A stretch of DNA of 64,000 bases, from the NCBI GenBank assembly GCA_028866995.1, contig JAGWHD010000001.1, positions 17,030 through 81,029 of the forward strand, given 5' to 3'. The DNA is from Candidatus Micrarchaeota archaeon (GTDB taxonomy: Archaea > Micrarchaeota > Micrarchaeia > Micrarchaeales > CABMGC01). Below, piece after piece: positions 33,141-42,615 of this stretch; positions within the stretch are counted from its first letter, which is position 1; every line of letters starts with the position of its first letter. The notes under the pieces are model-generated. The model saw only the letters and a program-made list of their open reading frames with translations. It was not told the DNA's origin and searched no databases. Position numbers and translations under genes: made by a program.

Positions 33141-34229
33141 ATGGCTAGGGCTTTCCTGAACGGCCTGCTCAACCTCGTTGCGATATGCTTCGTGGTCCTT
33201 GCCGTGATAATACTCATGAAGGTGTGGGGCATCGGCATCCCATTCCTCAACGTCACCCAGAGCATACTTGCCAATTACACAGTGTCTACAATACCCGTGT
33301 CTACGCTGAACGGCTCACAGGACCAAGGAAGCGCTGGCAATTCCACAGCGCAGGGCAATGACCTGTACCAGTACGCGCTGTCCCTGATAAACAAGGACAG
33401 GAACTCTTTCGGGCTCCCTAATGTCAGCCTCGCGAGCGAGGTCTCAGGGCAGCAGCACTCTGACAGCATGCTCCAGAATAACTACTTCAGCCACTGGGAC
33501 ACGTACGGCATGAAGCCCTACATGAGATATACGCTGGTGGGAGGGACGCAGGCTGTGAGCGAGAACGTTGCATACGAGCAGCAGAGCTACCAGACCTGCA
33601 TAGTCAAGTGCTACGACAGGGGCACGCTCAACCCTGCCAACGCGATATACAACATGGAGTACAGCATGATGTACAACGACTCGATATGCTGCAGCAACGG
33701 CCACCGCGAGAACATACTCGACCCTAACCACAACCAGGTCTCGATAGGCATAGCGTACAATTCCTCGACAATCTACTTCACCGAGGACTTCATAGACAGC
33801 TACATCAACTGGAGCATAGGAAGCCCTGGGGCCTCGAACGGCACTGTGCTGCTCAAGGGTTCGGTTGCCGACGGATACAGCCTGCAGAGCGTGCAGATAG
33901 GCTACGACGACGCTGTCAGGAACATGACTATGGCAGAGCTGGCCGCGACTAGGGCTTACGGTTACGGCGACACTGTTGGCGGAGTCTCTAGCAGCAGCTT
34001 CGAGTACTATCCCGGGCTGACGACGATAGTCGCGAACAGGTACAGCGTAAAGGGCGGCAGCTTCGACATACTGTTCAACATGGGAGAGCTGATTAGCAAG
34101 TACGGCGCAGGAGAGTACACGGTAGAGGTGTGGCTGAACAAGACAGGGACTGGCAGCGGCTTCATAGGCTCCACATACACTGTCTTCGTCAACAGCGAGG
34201 GCAGGCAGTACGTACCGCAGAACGTCTAG
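33141..34229 (+). CDS. membrane-anchored secreted CAP/SCP (PR-1-like) domain protein with C-terminal beta-rich domain
   Basis: N-terminal TM anchor; YALSLINKDRNSFGLP..HSDSMLQNNYFSHWD..GHRENILDPNHNQVSIG (CAP domain motifs). Confidence 0.6.
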   Translation: MARAFLNGLLNLVAICFVVLAVIILMKVWGIGIPFLNVTQSILANYTVSTIPVSTLNGSQDQGSAGNSTAQGNDLYQYALSLINKDRNSFGLPNVSLASEVSGQQHSDSMLQNNYFSHWDTYGMKPYMRYTLVGGTQAVSENVAYEQQSYQTCIVKCYDRGTLNPANAIYNMEYSMMYNDSICCSNGHRENILDPNHNQVSIGIAYNSSTIYFTEDFIDSYINWSIGSPGASNGTVLLKGSVADGYSLQSVQIGYDDAVRNMTMAELAATRAYGYGDTVGGVSSSSFEYYPGLTTIVANRYSVKGGSFDILFNMGELISKYGAGEYTVEVWLNKTGTGSGFIGSTYTVFVNSEGRQYVPQNV

Positions 34230-35068
34230 GACAATGGTCCCGGAAGGAATCCGGGGAACGGCACGCCCGTGGAGAATCCGGTCTGGTTCAGCTGCAGCGA
34301 TATCGCGAAGTCCTTGTTCGAGAAGAGCATCGCCATCGTCACTGGGAGGTTGTCGCTGTCCGAGAGGCATATACCGAACTCCCCTGTTCCGTTGAGCCCT
34401 GAGAGAAGGCCGTGGACATAGGTGCACGGAACCCCTCTGTATTCGCTCTGGTAGACGTTGTCGTATCCTGTTGACATGCCGAAACGCGAGAGCTGCGAGA
34501 TGTTGAGGTAGTAGAGCTGGCCAAGTATTGGCGCAAGAACAGAGTCGTTTGCGTAGCAGGTGTTGTTGCGCGGCCCTCCGAGCAGGCTAAGCAGTTGCCC
34601 GTGCAGGATCGCGCTGATGTTGAGGTTGGTGCATACGTACGTGCTATTCGTCTCGTTCACGTATGTCAACAGTGCCTTTCCTGCCAACGATAGGCTGCTG
34701 GCGTTTATGTCCATGCGCTGCTGGCCATCGGATCCGTATTCATCAAGATGCAAAGGGGAGTTGACCGAAGCCACTGCGCCGACCAGGCCGCTGGGCTTGA
34801 TGCTCAGGGTTCCGGAATATGAGGTGTGGAAGGAGCTGAGGTTGCCTGCCCCGGCCTGTACCAGCGCTGATATCATGGATGTTGCCTGCTGCGAAGTCAC
34901 CGAGGTTATCCCGCTCATGCTCTGCGGCACCTGCTCCCCTGTGTTCGGCATCTGCGGGAGGGCAGACAGGTACGAGCTTGAACCAGACCCCACTACCTCT
35001 ATGCCTACAACAACTGCCACGACCGCGATCCCGAGTATTACGATGGGCACTACGTACGGCGCTGCCAT
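34226..35068 (-). CDS. N-terminally anchored extracellular protein, unknown function
   Basis: MAAPYVVPIVILGIAVVAVVVGI TM anchor; many N-x-S/T sequons; several Cys residues. Confidence 0.55.
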   Translation of the reverse strand: MAAPYVVPIVILGIAVVAVVVGIEVVGSGSSSYLSALPQMPNTGEQVPQSMSGITSVTSQQATSMISALVQAGAGNLSSFHTSYSGTLSIKPSGLVGAVASVNSPLHLDEYGSDGQQRMDINASSLSLAGKALLTYVNETNSTYVCTNLNISAILHGQLLSLLGGPRNNTCYANDSVLAPILGQLYYLNISQLSRFGMSTGYDNVYQSEYRGVPCTYVHGLLSGLNGTGEFGICLSDSDNLPVTMAMLFSNKDFAISLQLNQTGFSTGVPFPGFLPGPLS

Positions 35069-35136
35069 TTCCCTGACCCTCTGAGTCTGATACCCGATAC
35101 AAGCTTATTAAGCTAATGTGCATAACTTTTATGCGT

Positions 35137-35248
35137 GCGAACGTAGTCTAGCCTGGTAGGACTCTGGCCTTCCATTTCTGAAACTTTTACGAAAAGTTTC
35201 ATCAAAAGAGGTAAGCCAAAAACCCGGGTTCAAATCCCGGCGTTCGCA
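35137..35248 (+). tRNA. tRNA-Gly (UCC) with a 39-nt canonical-position intron
   Basis: The exons are identical to tRNA-Gly(GCC) in the acceptor, D and T arms. The anticodon arm is CTGGC CT-TCC-A / A GCCAA. After removing 35175-35213, the 73-nt cloverleaf is restored. Confidence 0.8.
35175..35213 (+). other. tRNA intron (between positions 37/38) with BHB-compatible fold
   Basis: CTTC (35169-35172) can pair with GAGG (35208-35211), flanked by the 3-nt bulges CAT (35173-35175) and TAA (35212-35214). The intron contains a perfect 10-bp hairpin, TGAAACTTTT-acg-AAAAGTTTCA. Confidence 0.6.
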
Positions 35249-35260
35249 TCAGTCCATGGA

Positions 35261-36412
35261 CTATTCCTTCCGCTGCCTGAACGATGCAGCGAGGAGCACG
35301 AATGCGATGACCTGCGCCACGATCACGTACATGGCTATCGTGCCCAGTGAATGGTACAGGTAGCCGACAAGCACGCTCGATACCATTATGCCGAAGCCGT
35401 AGAAGCTGTTGAATATGCCGTATGAGAATCCCCTCCTCTCCTTGGGTATCATGGTCCCTACGACTGCCCTCATGACCGTGTCCTGTATGCCCATAGTCGC
35501 GCCTATGGCCAGCGCTGCCACGAAGAAGTATGTCGGTGCATGATTCAGCAGTATGAACGGTATGATTGCGGCTGAGAGCAGCCCCGCGTAGACAAGGGTC
35601 CTGCCTATCCTGTCATAGAGCATGCCGAATACGAAGCCGAACAGTCCTTCACCTATCATCGCCATGAGGAATATCGTAGGTATGAGGTATGTGTCCACTG
35701 AGCCTTGCGCGCCGAACAGGACGAATGGGGTCTGGTACATCCCTGCGGCGCTGACAGCGACGGCAATCGAGTAAAGGATGAATCTCTTCGACGACATCAT
35801 GCCGTCCTTTGGTTCTCGTTTGGATAGCGATGCGACGTTCCTGTGCCGCATGTATGCGGTGAAGAGGAACAGCATCGCAAGCATCGCAGGTATCGCGAGG
35901 AAGGCAAAGCCCTCCCTGTAGCTGCCGTTGTAGAGTATTATGATGGACATGGCGAGCGGCCCTATGACAGCTCCAGTCTGGTCCAGCGCCTGGTTTATGG
36001 CGAAGGACCTGCCCATGTTCTTGCGCGCGGATACAGCGGATATTATGTAATCCTTCGAAGGCGCCCTGGTCGCCTTGCCCAGCCTCTCGGCGAATATCAG
36101 GAACGCGGCGATGATGAAGTTGCCGGATAGCGCAAGCAATGGAACCACGAACAGGTTTATCGCGTATCCTATGAACGTTATCTGCCAATACCTGTGCGTG
36201 ACGTCCGCAAGCTTCCCGCTTACCAGCCTGAACGCGTATCCTACGAATTCCCCAAGACCCAGCACGATCCCGAGAAGGAAGACCGATCCTCCAAGAGTAG
36301 TGGTGAAGAACTGCGGTATTATGCTCCTTGAGCCTTCATAGGTGAAGTCGGCGAACAGGCTGACTATGCCTATGATTATTATGACGAGAGTCGCCTTGCT
36401 GACCTTGGCCAA
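35261..36412 (-). CDS. major facilitator superfamily transporter
   Basis: 383 aa with about 11-12 TM segments in a 6+6 layout and a central loop (RHRNVASLSKREPKD). Confidence 0.7.
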   Translation of the reverse strand: MAKVSKATLVIIIIGIVSLFADFTYEGSRSIIPQFFTTTLGGSVFLLGIVLGLGEFVGYAFRLVSGKLADVTHRYWQITFIGYAINLFVVPLLALSGNFIIAAFLIFAERLGKATRAPSKDYIISAVSARKNMGRSFAINQALDQTGAVIGPLAMSIIILYNGSYREGFAFLAIPAMLAMLFLFTAYMRHRNVASLSKREPKDGMMSSKRFILYSIAVAVSAAGMYQTPFVLFGAQGSVDTYLIPTIFLMAMIGEGLFGFVFGMLYDRIGRTLVYAGLLSAAIIPFILLNHAPTYFFVAALAIGATMGIQDTVMRAVVGTMIPKERRGFSYGIFNSFYGFGIMVSSVLVGYLYHSLGTIAMYVIVAQVIAFVLLAASFRQRKE

Positions 36413-36453
36413 TGCATCACATTATAAAATATTACAAAGCAATTAAAAGCTGC

Positions 36454-37344
36454 ATGGCAATGGAGGCGTTTCGCGCAGGAATCAGATCGCAATCGGCGAT
36501 GGAATACCTCATGACTTACGGATGGGCGATCCTTGCAATCGCAATAGTCATGGTATCGTTGTATTCTCTCGGGATATTCAACTCAGGGAGCCTGCAGCCC
36601 ACTGCGGCTCCAGGTTCATGCGAAATTGTCAGGACAACAGCGCAAGCATCGCTTGCAGGGCAGTGCAATAATCTGATGCCTAAATATGTGTCAAGACTCA
36701 ATGGTGCAAACAGCAACATCATAAGCACAAACAAGATAACCTTTACAAGCACATCGCCTTGGTCGATATCGGTGTGGATTAATGTTGCCAAGTTTAGTTG
36801 CAGTGGCAGTTACTGGGCAGGAATCGTCGCAATAGACAGCCTCAACAGAGTATCCATAGATGAGGATTGCAGAAACAGTAACGAGATAACTACGTGGGTT
36901 TATGGCGTCACCGAAGGAGGATTTCCAGGTGCAGCATCAAGCCTTTCATCGGGAAAGTGGTACAACTACATCGCAACATATGACGGCAATACGCACTATA
37001 TCTTTTACCTGAATGGCAAACAGGTAGGAGCTGCCACAGATTCGGCTTCATATTCAGGTTCGGGATACGCAAACATAGGTTATGAAAGCTTCTCCTCGCT
37101 CTATCTTAACGGCTCTGTTGCGAACATCCAAGTGTATAATGCATCGCTCGATAATATTTCTGCAAAGGCTCTTTACCAAGGAGGTGTGGGAGGAGTGCCA
37201 GTAGACGTAAGGCACCTGACTGCATGGTGGCCGCTGAATGGGAACGCGAACGATTATTCAGGAAACAACAACCAAGGGACCGTTTCAGGGCAAGTTGTCT
37301 GGAACGCGAACTGGCAGTCTGGATACACAGCACCTTCGAGCTGA
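36454..37344 (+). CDS. class III signal peptide (pilin-like) LamG-domain protein, paralog 3
   Basis: MAMEAFRAGIRSQSAMEYLMTYGWAILAIAIVMVSLYSLGIFN...GSVANIQVYNASLD...AWWPLNGNANDYSGNNNQGT. The upstream in-frame start at 36412 is less likely. Confidence 0.75.
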   Translation: MAMEAFRAGIRSQSAMEYLMTYGWAILAIAIVMVSLYSLGIFNSGSLQPTAAPGSCEIVRTTAQASLAGQCNNLMPKYVSRLNGANSNIISTNKITFTSTSPWSISVWINVAKFSCSGSYWAGIVAIDSLNRVSIDEDCRNSNEITTWVYGVTEGGFPGAASSLSSGKWYNYIATYDGNTHYIFYLNGKQVGAATDSASYSGSGYANIGYESFSSLYLNGSVANIQVYNASLDNISAKALYQGGVGGVPVDVRHLTAWWPLNGNANDYSGNNNQGTVSGQVVWNANWQSGYTAPSS

Positions 37345-37392
37345 GCCTTTCCTCCTGATAACAAATATATACTTCAAAAGGAACGTTCTAGC

Positions 37393-38118
37393 ATGGATAT
37401 TTTCCGTCCCGAGACTGAGGAATACAGGATGAGGAAGGACGACTACACCATAACCATCTCGAAGAAGGGGAGCATGAGATATCTGAAGTACAACGGCATC
37501 GTCTATTCCATGCTCGATTCTGAGCACCCTTACACGCATTCCTACCACGACTATTTCCTGCCTTTGCCGCTGCTGTACGACAAGCCAAGGATACTGATGA
37601 TAGGTCTTGGCGGAGGGACAATACCGTACAACCTCGTGAAGATGTACGGCAGCAAGGTATCGGTAGACGTCATCGAGCCCAACAAGGACATGGCGGAGAT
37701 ATGCAGGAAATTCCTGCCGAACGGCAAGATGGGTTTTAACCTGATAGCCTCGGATGGGATATCGCATCTGAAGGGCTCCACGGATAAATACGACATAATA
37801 ATGCTCGATGCATACGTCGACGGGAACATACCTGAGGAGTTCCTTCAGGACGATTTCATAAGGCTCGCCAGCGATTCGCTTACCAAGGACGGCATACTGG
37901 CGGTAAACTACGCTATGGACTATTTCTGGATGTACGTCTACATGCGCAGGCTGTCCAGATCCTTCAAGGTCTCGAGGATAGGGCACATACTCTTCGGCAA
38001 TTATATCCTCATATGCTCCAAGTCGATGGGCAGGAAGGAGATCAAGGGCAGGATACTGATGGGGATGAAGCCGGACAAGGAGAATTCCTTCCTTATAGAG
38101 AGGTTCAGATCATTATGA
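37393..38118 (+). CDS. spermidine-synthase-like class I SAM-dependent transferase fold protein
   Basis: ILMIGLGGGTIPY (glycine-rich SAM loop), DVIEPN, YDIIMLDAY. Confidence 0.5.
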   Translation: MDIFRPETEEYRMRKDDYTITISKKGSMRYLKYNGIVYSMLDSEHPYTHSYHDYFLPLPLLYDKPRILMIGLGGGTIPYNLVKMYGSKVSVDVIEPNKDMAEICRKFLPNGKMGFNLIASDGISHLKGSTDKYDIIMLDAYVDGNIPEEFLQDDFIRLASDSLTKDGILAVNYAMDYFWMYVYMRRLSRSFKVSRIGHILFGNYILICSKSMGRKEIKGRILMGMKPDKENSFLIERFRSL

Positions 38119-38405
38119 AGGTTTTCCTGATAGTGCACGGATTCGTGCAAGGGGTAGGGTACAGGCATTTCGTGAGGAGGGTCGCGGAGAAGAACGGGAT
38201 CAGGGGCATGGTGAGGAACATGGATGACGGCAGCGTGCAGGTGCTGGCCGAGGGGGATGGCGAGAGCCTGAGCAGGTTTGAGAGCGAGATAGACGTAAGC
38301 ATGGGGAACGGGCCGTCAGTGCACCACATAGAGAGGCATATCGAAGCAGATAAAGAATTCCCGAAGGATGCGAGAAGCTATCGCGAGTTCGTAATAGAGA
38401 AGTAG
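38115..38405 (+). CDS. acyP: acylphosphatase
   Basis: VHGFVQGVGYRHFV...GIRGMVRNMDDGSVQV (acylphosphatase signatures 1 and 2). The ATGA overlaps the upstream stop. Confidence 0.85.
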   Translation: MKVFLIVHGFVQGVGYRHFVRRVAEKNGIRGMVRNMDDGSVQVLAEGDGESLSRFESEIDVSMGNGPSVHHIERHIEADKEFPKDARSYREFVIEK

Positions 38406-39716
38406 CTATATCTCGAAGGACTGCTTCAGTTCTGGAAGGTGTGCATTGTACTTGTCCTTCAGCGCAGCGTGGAACTGGACGGCCTTCTCCTTCTCGCCGT
38501 GGACTATGAATATGTTCTTGAGGTCCTTCATCGAGCCTATGAAGTGCGTCAGCTGCACCCTATCCGCGTGAGCGGAGAGGTGGTACATGGAGACATCCAT
38601 CTGCACCTGTATCTTCTTGTCCTTGAGCTGTATCTCCTTGGCGCCTTCGAACATCGCCCTTCCCAGCGTCCCCTCTGCCTGGTAGCCCACCATGACCATC
38701 CTGTTCTTGCTGTCGTTCGCCAGCCTCTCCAGGTACCTTAGTATGGGCCCTCCAGTGAGCATGCCGCTGGTGGTGACTATTATGCTCGACTCGTCGCTCG
38801 ACATTATCTTCGCCCTCTGCTGCTTCGTCTTGACGTCCTCGAAGTTCACTGACTTGAACGGGTCATCCTCGTTCAGGAGTATGCGCTTCTGCAGCTCGTC
38901 CCTGCAGAATATGACGTTGTGCCTGTGTATGCGCATCGCCTTGGATATCATGCCGTCCATGTATATCGTCACCTTCTGCAGCCTGCCAGACTTCATGTAA
39001 TCATCGAGCATGAGCAGGACCTCCTGGGCCCTTCCCACTGCGAAGCTCGGGACAACGGTCTTGCCCCCTCTTGTTATCGTCTCGTTTATGGACTTGACCA
39101 TGTCGTCCATTATCTTCTTCTCGGACTGGAACTCCTCCTTGTCTCCCGCGTACGTCGATTCTGTTATCAGCGTGTCCACCTTGATGTGGCCGCTCGGCGC
39201 GCCGTCGAGCAGCTTCGTCGTCCTGAAGTTGACGTCCCCCGTGTAGAGCAGCCTGTTCTTGCTGTCCCAGACCTCCACCATTGCGCTCCCGAGTATGTGG
39301 CCCGCAGGTATCAGCCTTATGTTCAGGTTCTTTATCTTGATGTCCTCGTAGTACTCTATCTGCTTGAAGTGCCTTGACATCTTGGTGAGCCCCTCCTTCG
39401 TAACGTTGCTGGGATTGGATATACGCATGTAGTCGCTGATGAGGACTGTGCAGAGCTCGAACGTCGGCTTCGTGGCATAGACATGGCCCATGTACCCTGC
39501 GCTGTATACATGCGGCAAATACCCGGAATGGTCGAGATGCGCGTGCGAGAGGACTATGCCGTCCACCTTCTGCAGCTCCGAGTCCTCTATTAGAGGGTAT
39601 TCGTCGTGCGCTCCAAGCTTTACCCCGGCGTCGAGCAGTATCCTCGTATCATCGCTCTCGAGCATTATGCAGCTTCTCCCTACCTCCCCTGCAGCCCCGT
39701 AAAAAGTTATCTTCAA
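38406..39716 (-). CDS. beta-CASP metallo-beta-lactamase RNase (aCPSF2-like, no KH domains)
   Basis: LLDAGV..LSHAHLDHSGYLP (HxHxDH), later beta-CASP motifs, and a C-terminal HGE. Confidence 0.75.
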   Translation of the reverse strand: MKITFYGAAGEVGRSCIMLESDDTRILLDAGVKLGAHDEYPLIEDSELQKVDGIVLSHAHLDHSGYLPHVYSAGYMGHVYATKPTFELCTVLISDYMRISNPSNVTKEGLTKMSRHFKQIEYYEDIKIKNLNIRLIPAGHILGSAMVEVWDSKNRLLYTGDVNFRTTKLLDGAPSGHIKVDTLITESTYAGDKEEFQSEKKIMDDMVKSINETITRGGKTVVPSFAVGRAQEVLLMLDDYMKSGRLQKVTIYMDGMISKAMRIHRHNVIFCRDELQKRILLNEDDPFKSVNFEDVKTKQQRAKIMSSDESSIIVTTSGMLTGGPILRYLERLANDSKNRMVMVGYQAEGTLGRAMFEGAKEIQLKDKKIQVQMDVSMYHLSAHADRVQLTHFIGSMKDLKNIFIVHGEKEKAVQFHAALKDKYNAHLPELKQSFEI

Positions 39717-39717
39717 A

Positions 39718-40458
39718 TCAATCTCCTATCTCCGTGTCTTCCCTGTTGCTCTTCTTGTCCTTTATGACAGCTATGTCGGCCAGGCTTATCTCGACAGGCT
39801 TCTGCTCCTTCCTGGGCATCTGCTGCCTCTCGCCCCTCTGCCTCTCCCTCCTCTTGTCGCCAAGGAGCTTCCTTAGATGGTCATAGTACACATCGAGCCT
39901 CTTCTCCGACTCCTTGAGCTGCAGCTCGTACCCCTCTATCCTCTTGGTGAGCTCCTCAATGTCCTTGTCTATGAACTCGAGCTTCTTCCTGAGCCTGTAG
40001 CTCTTTATCGACTCCTCGAGCTCCTTCTCTATCTCATTCTTCTTCCTTATGAGGTCCTTCTCAGCGTCTAGCGTGAACGCCTCCGTGGCTATCCTGAACT
40101 CTATCTGCTCCTTCCTCCTCCTCAGGAACCCTATGTCCTTGGTGTTCCTCTTGCTTATGCTCGACAGCCTTGATATCGCTGCCTTCTCGTTGATCTTGTA
40201 GGCGAGCTTGTTCCTTGAGGGCCTTATGTTGCCTATTATCTCCCCGCGCTTCTTCCTCTCCTCCTCTATCTGGGCGTTGACCTGTGATATCTCGTCGCCC
40301 TTGGGGTCAGGAGCCTTTGCCGCTGGAGGCGGCACCGTCTTCTGCGCCTCCTTCTTTTCGTGCTTCTGCTCGGTCTTCTGCTCAGCCTTGCGGTCTGGAG
40401 CCTGTGAGGGCTTCGGCTCCTGCTTGGGCTCGGCTGCCCTCTTTTCCGTTTCAGACAC
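39718..40458 (-). CDS. K/E-rich coiled-coil protein, unknown function
   Basis: 246 aa with a low-complexity P/K/E/Q N-terminus, then heptad-like E/K/L/I repeats. Separated by 1 nt from the downstream beta-CASP gene. Confidence 0.55.
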   Translation of the reverse strand: MSETEKRAAEPKQEPKPSQAPDRKAEQKTEQKHEKKEAQKTVPPPAAKAPDPKGDEISQVNAQIEEERKKRGEIIGNIRPSRNKLAYKINEKAAISRLSSISKRNTKDIGFLRRRKEQIEFRIATEAFTLDAEKDLIRKKNEIEKELEESIKSYRLRKKLEFIDKDIEELTKRIEGYELQLKESEKRLDVYYDHLRKLLGDKRRERQRGERQQMPRKEQKPVEISLADIAVIKDKKSNREDTEIGD

Positions 40459-40478
40459 TTGCTTTCCTTCAGATTCGC

Positions 40479-41654
40479 TCAGTAAATCGCCTTCCGTGAC
40501 AAAAGTAGATCGTAGACTTCAATAAGCTTGTCAGCCACCTTGCCTGCAGAGAACTCCTTTGATGATTCAATCGTATTGCTCTTATAATATTTGGTATTAT
40601 TTAAAACCTTTTCTATTTTCCTTGCACATTGCGTATAATCCCCAGGCCGGAACTTCTCCCCGTTCCTGCCGTTCTTTATCAGCTCCTTCATGGCCATGTA
40701 GTCGGCGCCTATGACAGGCTTGCCCATCGCCATGGCCTCGAGGCAGACTATGCCCTGGGTCTCGAACGTAGACGGCATGCAGAGCGCGTCCGATGCAGCG
40801 TACACCTTCGGCAGCTTCTCCTGGTCCACGAAGCCCAGGAACTTCACGTGCTTCCCCAGCCCCAGCCTGTTGGCCATCTCCCTGTAGTAGTGCTCCGCTG
40901 GTCCAGTGCCGCCTATGACGAACCTTATGGGCTCGCCCTTCTGGAGCAGAAGCCTCGCTGCCTTGAGCATCACCTCTATCCTCTTCTCCCTCGAGAGCCT
41001 GCCCATGTAGAGCAGCATTCTCTCGTCGTCCCGTATCTTGAGCTCGTGCCTTACGGAGTCGCCGTCCACCTTCGGATTGAATATGCTGGTGTCTATGCCG
41101 TTAGAGACAACTGTCGTGTTCCTTATCCCGTATCCCTTGAGCATGCGCTCTATAGTGGCCGTGGGGGCTATCGTGGTGTTGCACCTCTTGTAGAAGAACT
41201 TGAGGTACGAGAGCAGCGCGCCCTTGGTTATCCTCGTGAGGTTCTTGTTCTTCGGATAGTAGTGCTGCACTATCTGCCTGTTGTTGAGAAGCGTATGGAA
41301 AGAGCCTGCAAGAGGGTACCTGTACATCTTGGCGTTCATCATCGCAGCCATGCCCATGACGAACGGCGTCTGCGCGTGTATCAGGTCTATCTTGAGGTCC
41401 TTGAGCTTGAATATGGAGCTGTAAGGGAAGAGCGCCACGCTGTACTGCGGGTAGGGCCTGAACTCTATGCCCGAGTACAGGAACGTCTTCTTGTTCCCGT
41501 ATCTTCTCTTCGCCCTCCTCTCCGAGCTCGCGAATATGTATACGTTGTGCCCCCTCTTCTCGAGCTCCTTCCTGAATGTGAGCGTTGATGTTACCACCCC
41601 GTCCATTGCGGGAAGATAGGAATCGGTGAAGAACGCTATGTTCATGCTTTCCAT
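40479..41654 (-). CDS. family 4 (GT-B, Glycos_transf_1) glycosyltransferase
   Basis: IAFFTDSYLPAMDGV..LLYMGRLSREKR..PSTFETQGIVCLEAMAMGKPVIG. Confidence 0.8.
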   Translation of the reverse strand: MESMNIAFFTDSYLPAMDGVVTSTLTFRKELEKRGHNVYIFASSERRAKRRYGNKKTFLYSGIEFRPYPQYSVALFPYSSIFKLKDLKIDLIHAQTPFVMGMAAMMNAKMYRYPLAGSFHTLLNNRQIVQHYYPKNKNLTRITKGALLSYLKFFYKRCNTTIAPTATIERMLKGYGIRNTTVVSNGIDTSIFNPKVDGDSVRHELKIRDDERMLLYMGRLSREKRIEVMLKAARLLLQKGEPIRFVIGGTGPAEHYYREMANRLGLGKHVKFLGFVDQEKLPKVYAASDALCMPSTFETQGIVCLEAMAMGKPVIGADYMAMKELIKNGRNGEKFRPGDYTQCARKIEKVLNNTKYYKSNTIESSKEFSAGKVADKLIEVYDLLLSRKAIY

Positions 41655-41661
41655 TCAGACA

Positions 41662-42060
41662 CTACAGCTTGATGGCCTCGCCTCCCGCCTTAGTTATCTT
41701 CTCCTGCGCCTTCTTCGAGAAGGAGCTTGCCTTGACTACGACAGCCTTCGAGAGCGTGCCGTTGCTCAGTATCTTGTAGCCCTTCAGCTCCACGGTGGGC
41801 TTCGCTTCCTTTGAGCTGCGCGCCTTCCTGTCCACAGTGTTGAGGCTGGCCTCCTTGAGCTGGAAGCGCCTCCATTGGTTGAACCCGGGGTCCCTGACAG
41901 CCAGCTTGTCGTAGATGACGCGGTGCGTGAACATGCCCTTCCTGTTCCCCTTCCCTACTCCTCCCCTGCTTCCTGATCCTCTCCTGTTCTTGATGTTGCC
42001 CCAGCCCCATCTCCTGCTCCCGAGGAACTTCCTTGATCTTTTCTTAGTCCTTAGTACCAT
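41662..42060 (-). CDS. rpl15: 50S ribosomal protein L15
   Basis: KKRSRKFLGSRRWGWGNIKNRRGSGSRGGVGKGN. Confidence 0.85.
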   Translation of the reverse strand: MVLRTKKRSRKFLGSRRWGWGNIKNRRGSGSRGGVGKGNRKGMFTHRVIYDKLAVRDPGFNQWRRFQLKEASLNTVDRKARSSKEAKPTVELKGYKILSNGTLSKAVVVKASSFSKKAQEKITKAGGEAIKL

Positions 42061-42069
42061 GCGATTACC

Positions 42070-42495
42070 TTATGCCATCCTGTTTATGAGGTCGTTGATC
42101 TTCTCTCCCCTGTAGCCGAGCGCCCCTCCTGCAGTGTAGCTCTCCTTTATGCCCTCGTATCCGTGTCTAGGAGGGTGCATCCTTATCGGCAGCGCGTCCA
42201 GCTCCTTCATGCTCTTCTTGCCCTTCGATATGCCCTCTATGTCCTCCTTGCTGTGCTTTATCTCCTTCCTCTCCAGGACCTTGGCGAGCGTCTCAGGGGT
42301 TATCTCTCCGAACGTGACGAAGTCCTTGCACTTCATTATCATGCCTATGTTCGACTTCGTGCCGTAAATGACAGCCATGTTGTTGACGCGCCTCAGGCTC
42401 AGCCTCGAGAGCGTCTCGTTTATGCTGCGCCTTACTCCCATGGTTCCTCTCACCCTTATGACTGCTATGATCTTGTTCTCAAGAGAATTCTTCAT
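42070..42495 (-). CDS. rpl30: 50S ribosomal protein L30
   Basis: MKNSLENKIIAVIRVRGTMGVRRSINETLSRLSLRRVNNMAVIYG. ATG 42495 is chosen; the rest of the 327-aa ORF is a spurious extension across the divergent gene. Confidence 0.85.
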   Translation of the reverse strand: MKNSLENKIIAVIRVRGTMGVRRSINETLSRLSLRRVNNMAVIYGTKSNIGMIMKCKDFVTFGEITPETLAKVLERKEIKHSKEDIEGISKGKKSMKELDALPIRMHPPRHGYEGIKESYTAGGALGYRGEKINDLINRMA

Positions 42496-42615
42496 GCAAA
42501 AACAGCCCTTGTCTGGCCTGTGCTGGACTCTATCAATTACCAGATATATTGGTTCAGAAACATTTAAATTATGATAACACCATTCTCTATCTGCTGGTTT
42601 ATAAAGGTTCATGGC

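Noticed and set aside
30695-35248. Two directly repeated, near-identical tRNA-Gly genes as possible att boundaries of a 4.5-kb island (2H phosphoesterase, cupin, RHH-NTP transferase, CAP protein, anchored protein).
   Set aside because: The two genes have different anticodons (GCC and UCC) and both fold as complete tRNAs, so they are isoacceptors rather than an att duplication. No integrase is present and no obvious compositional break is seen.
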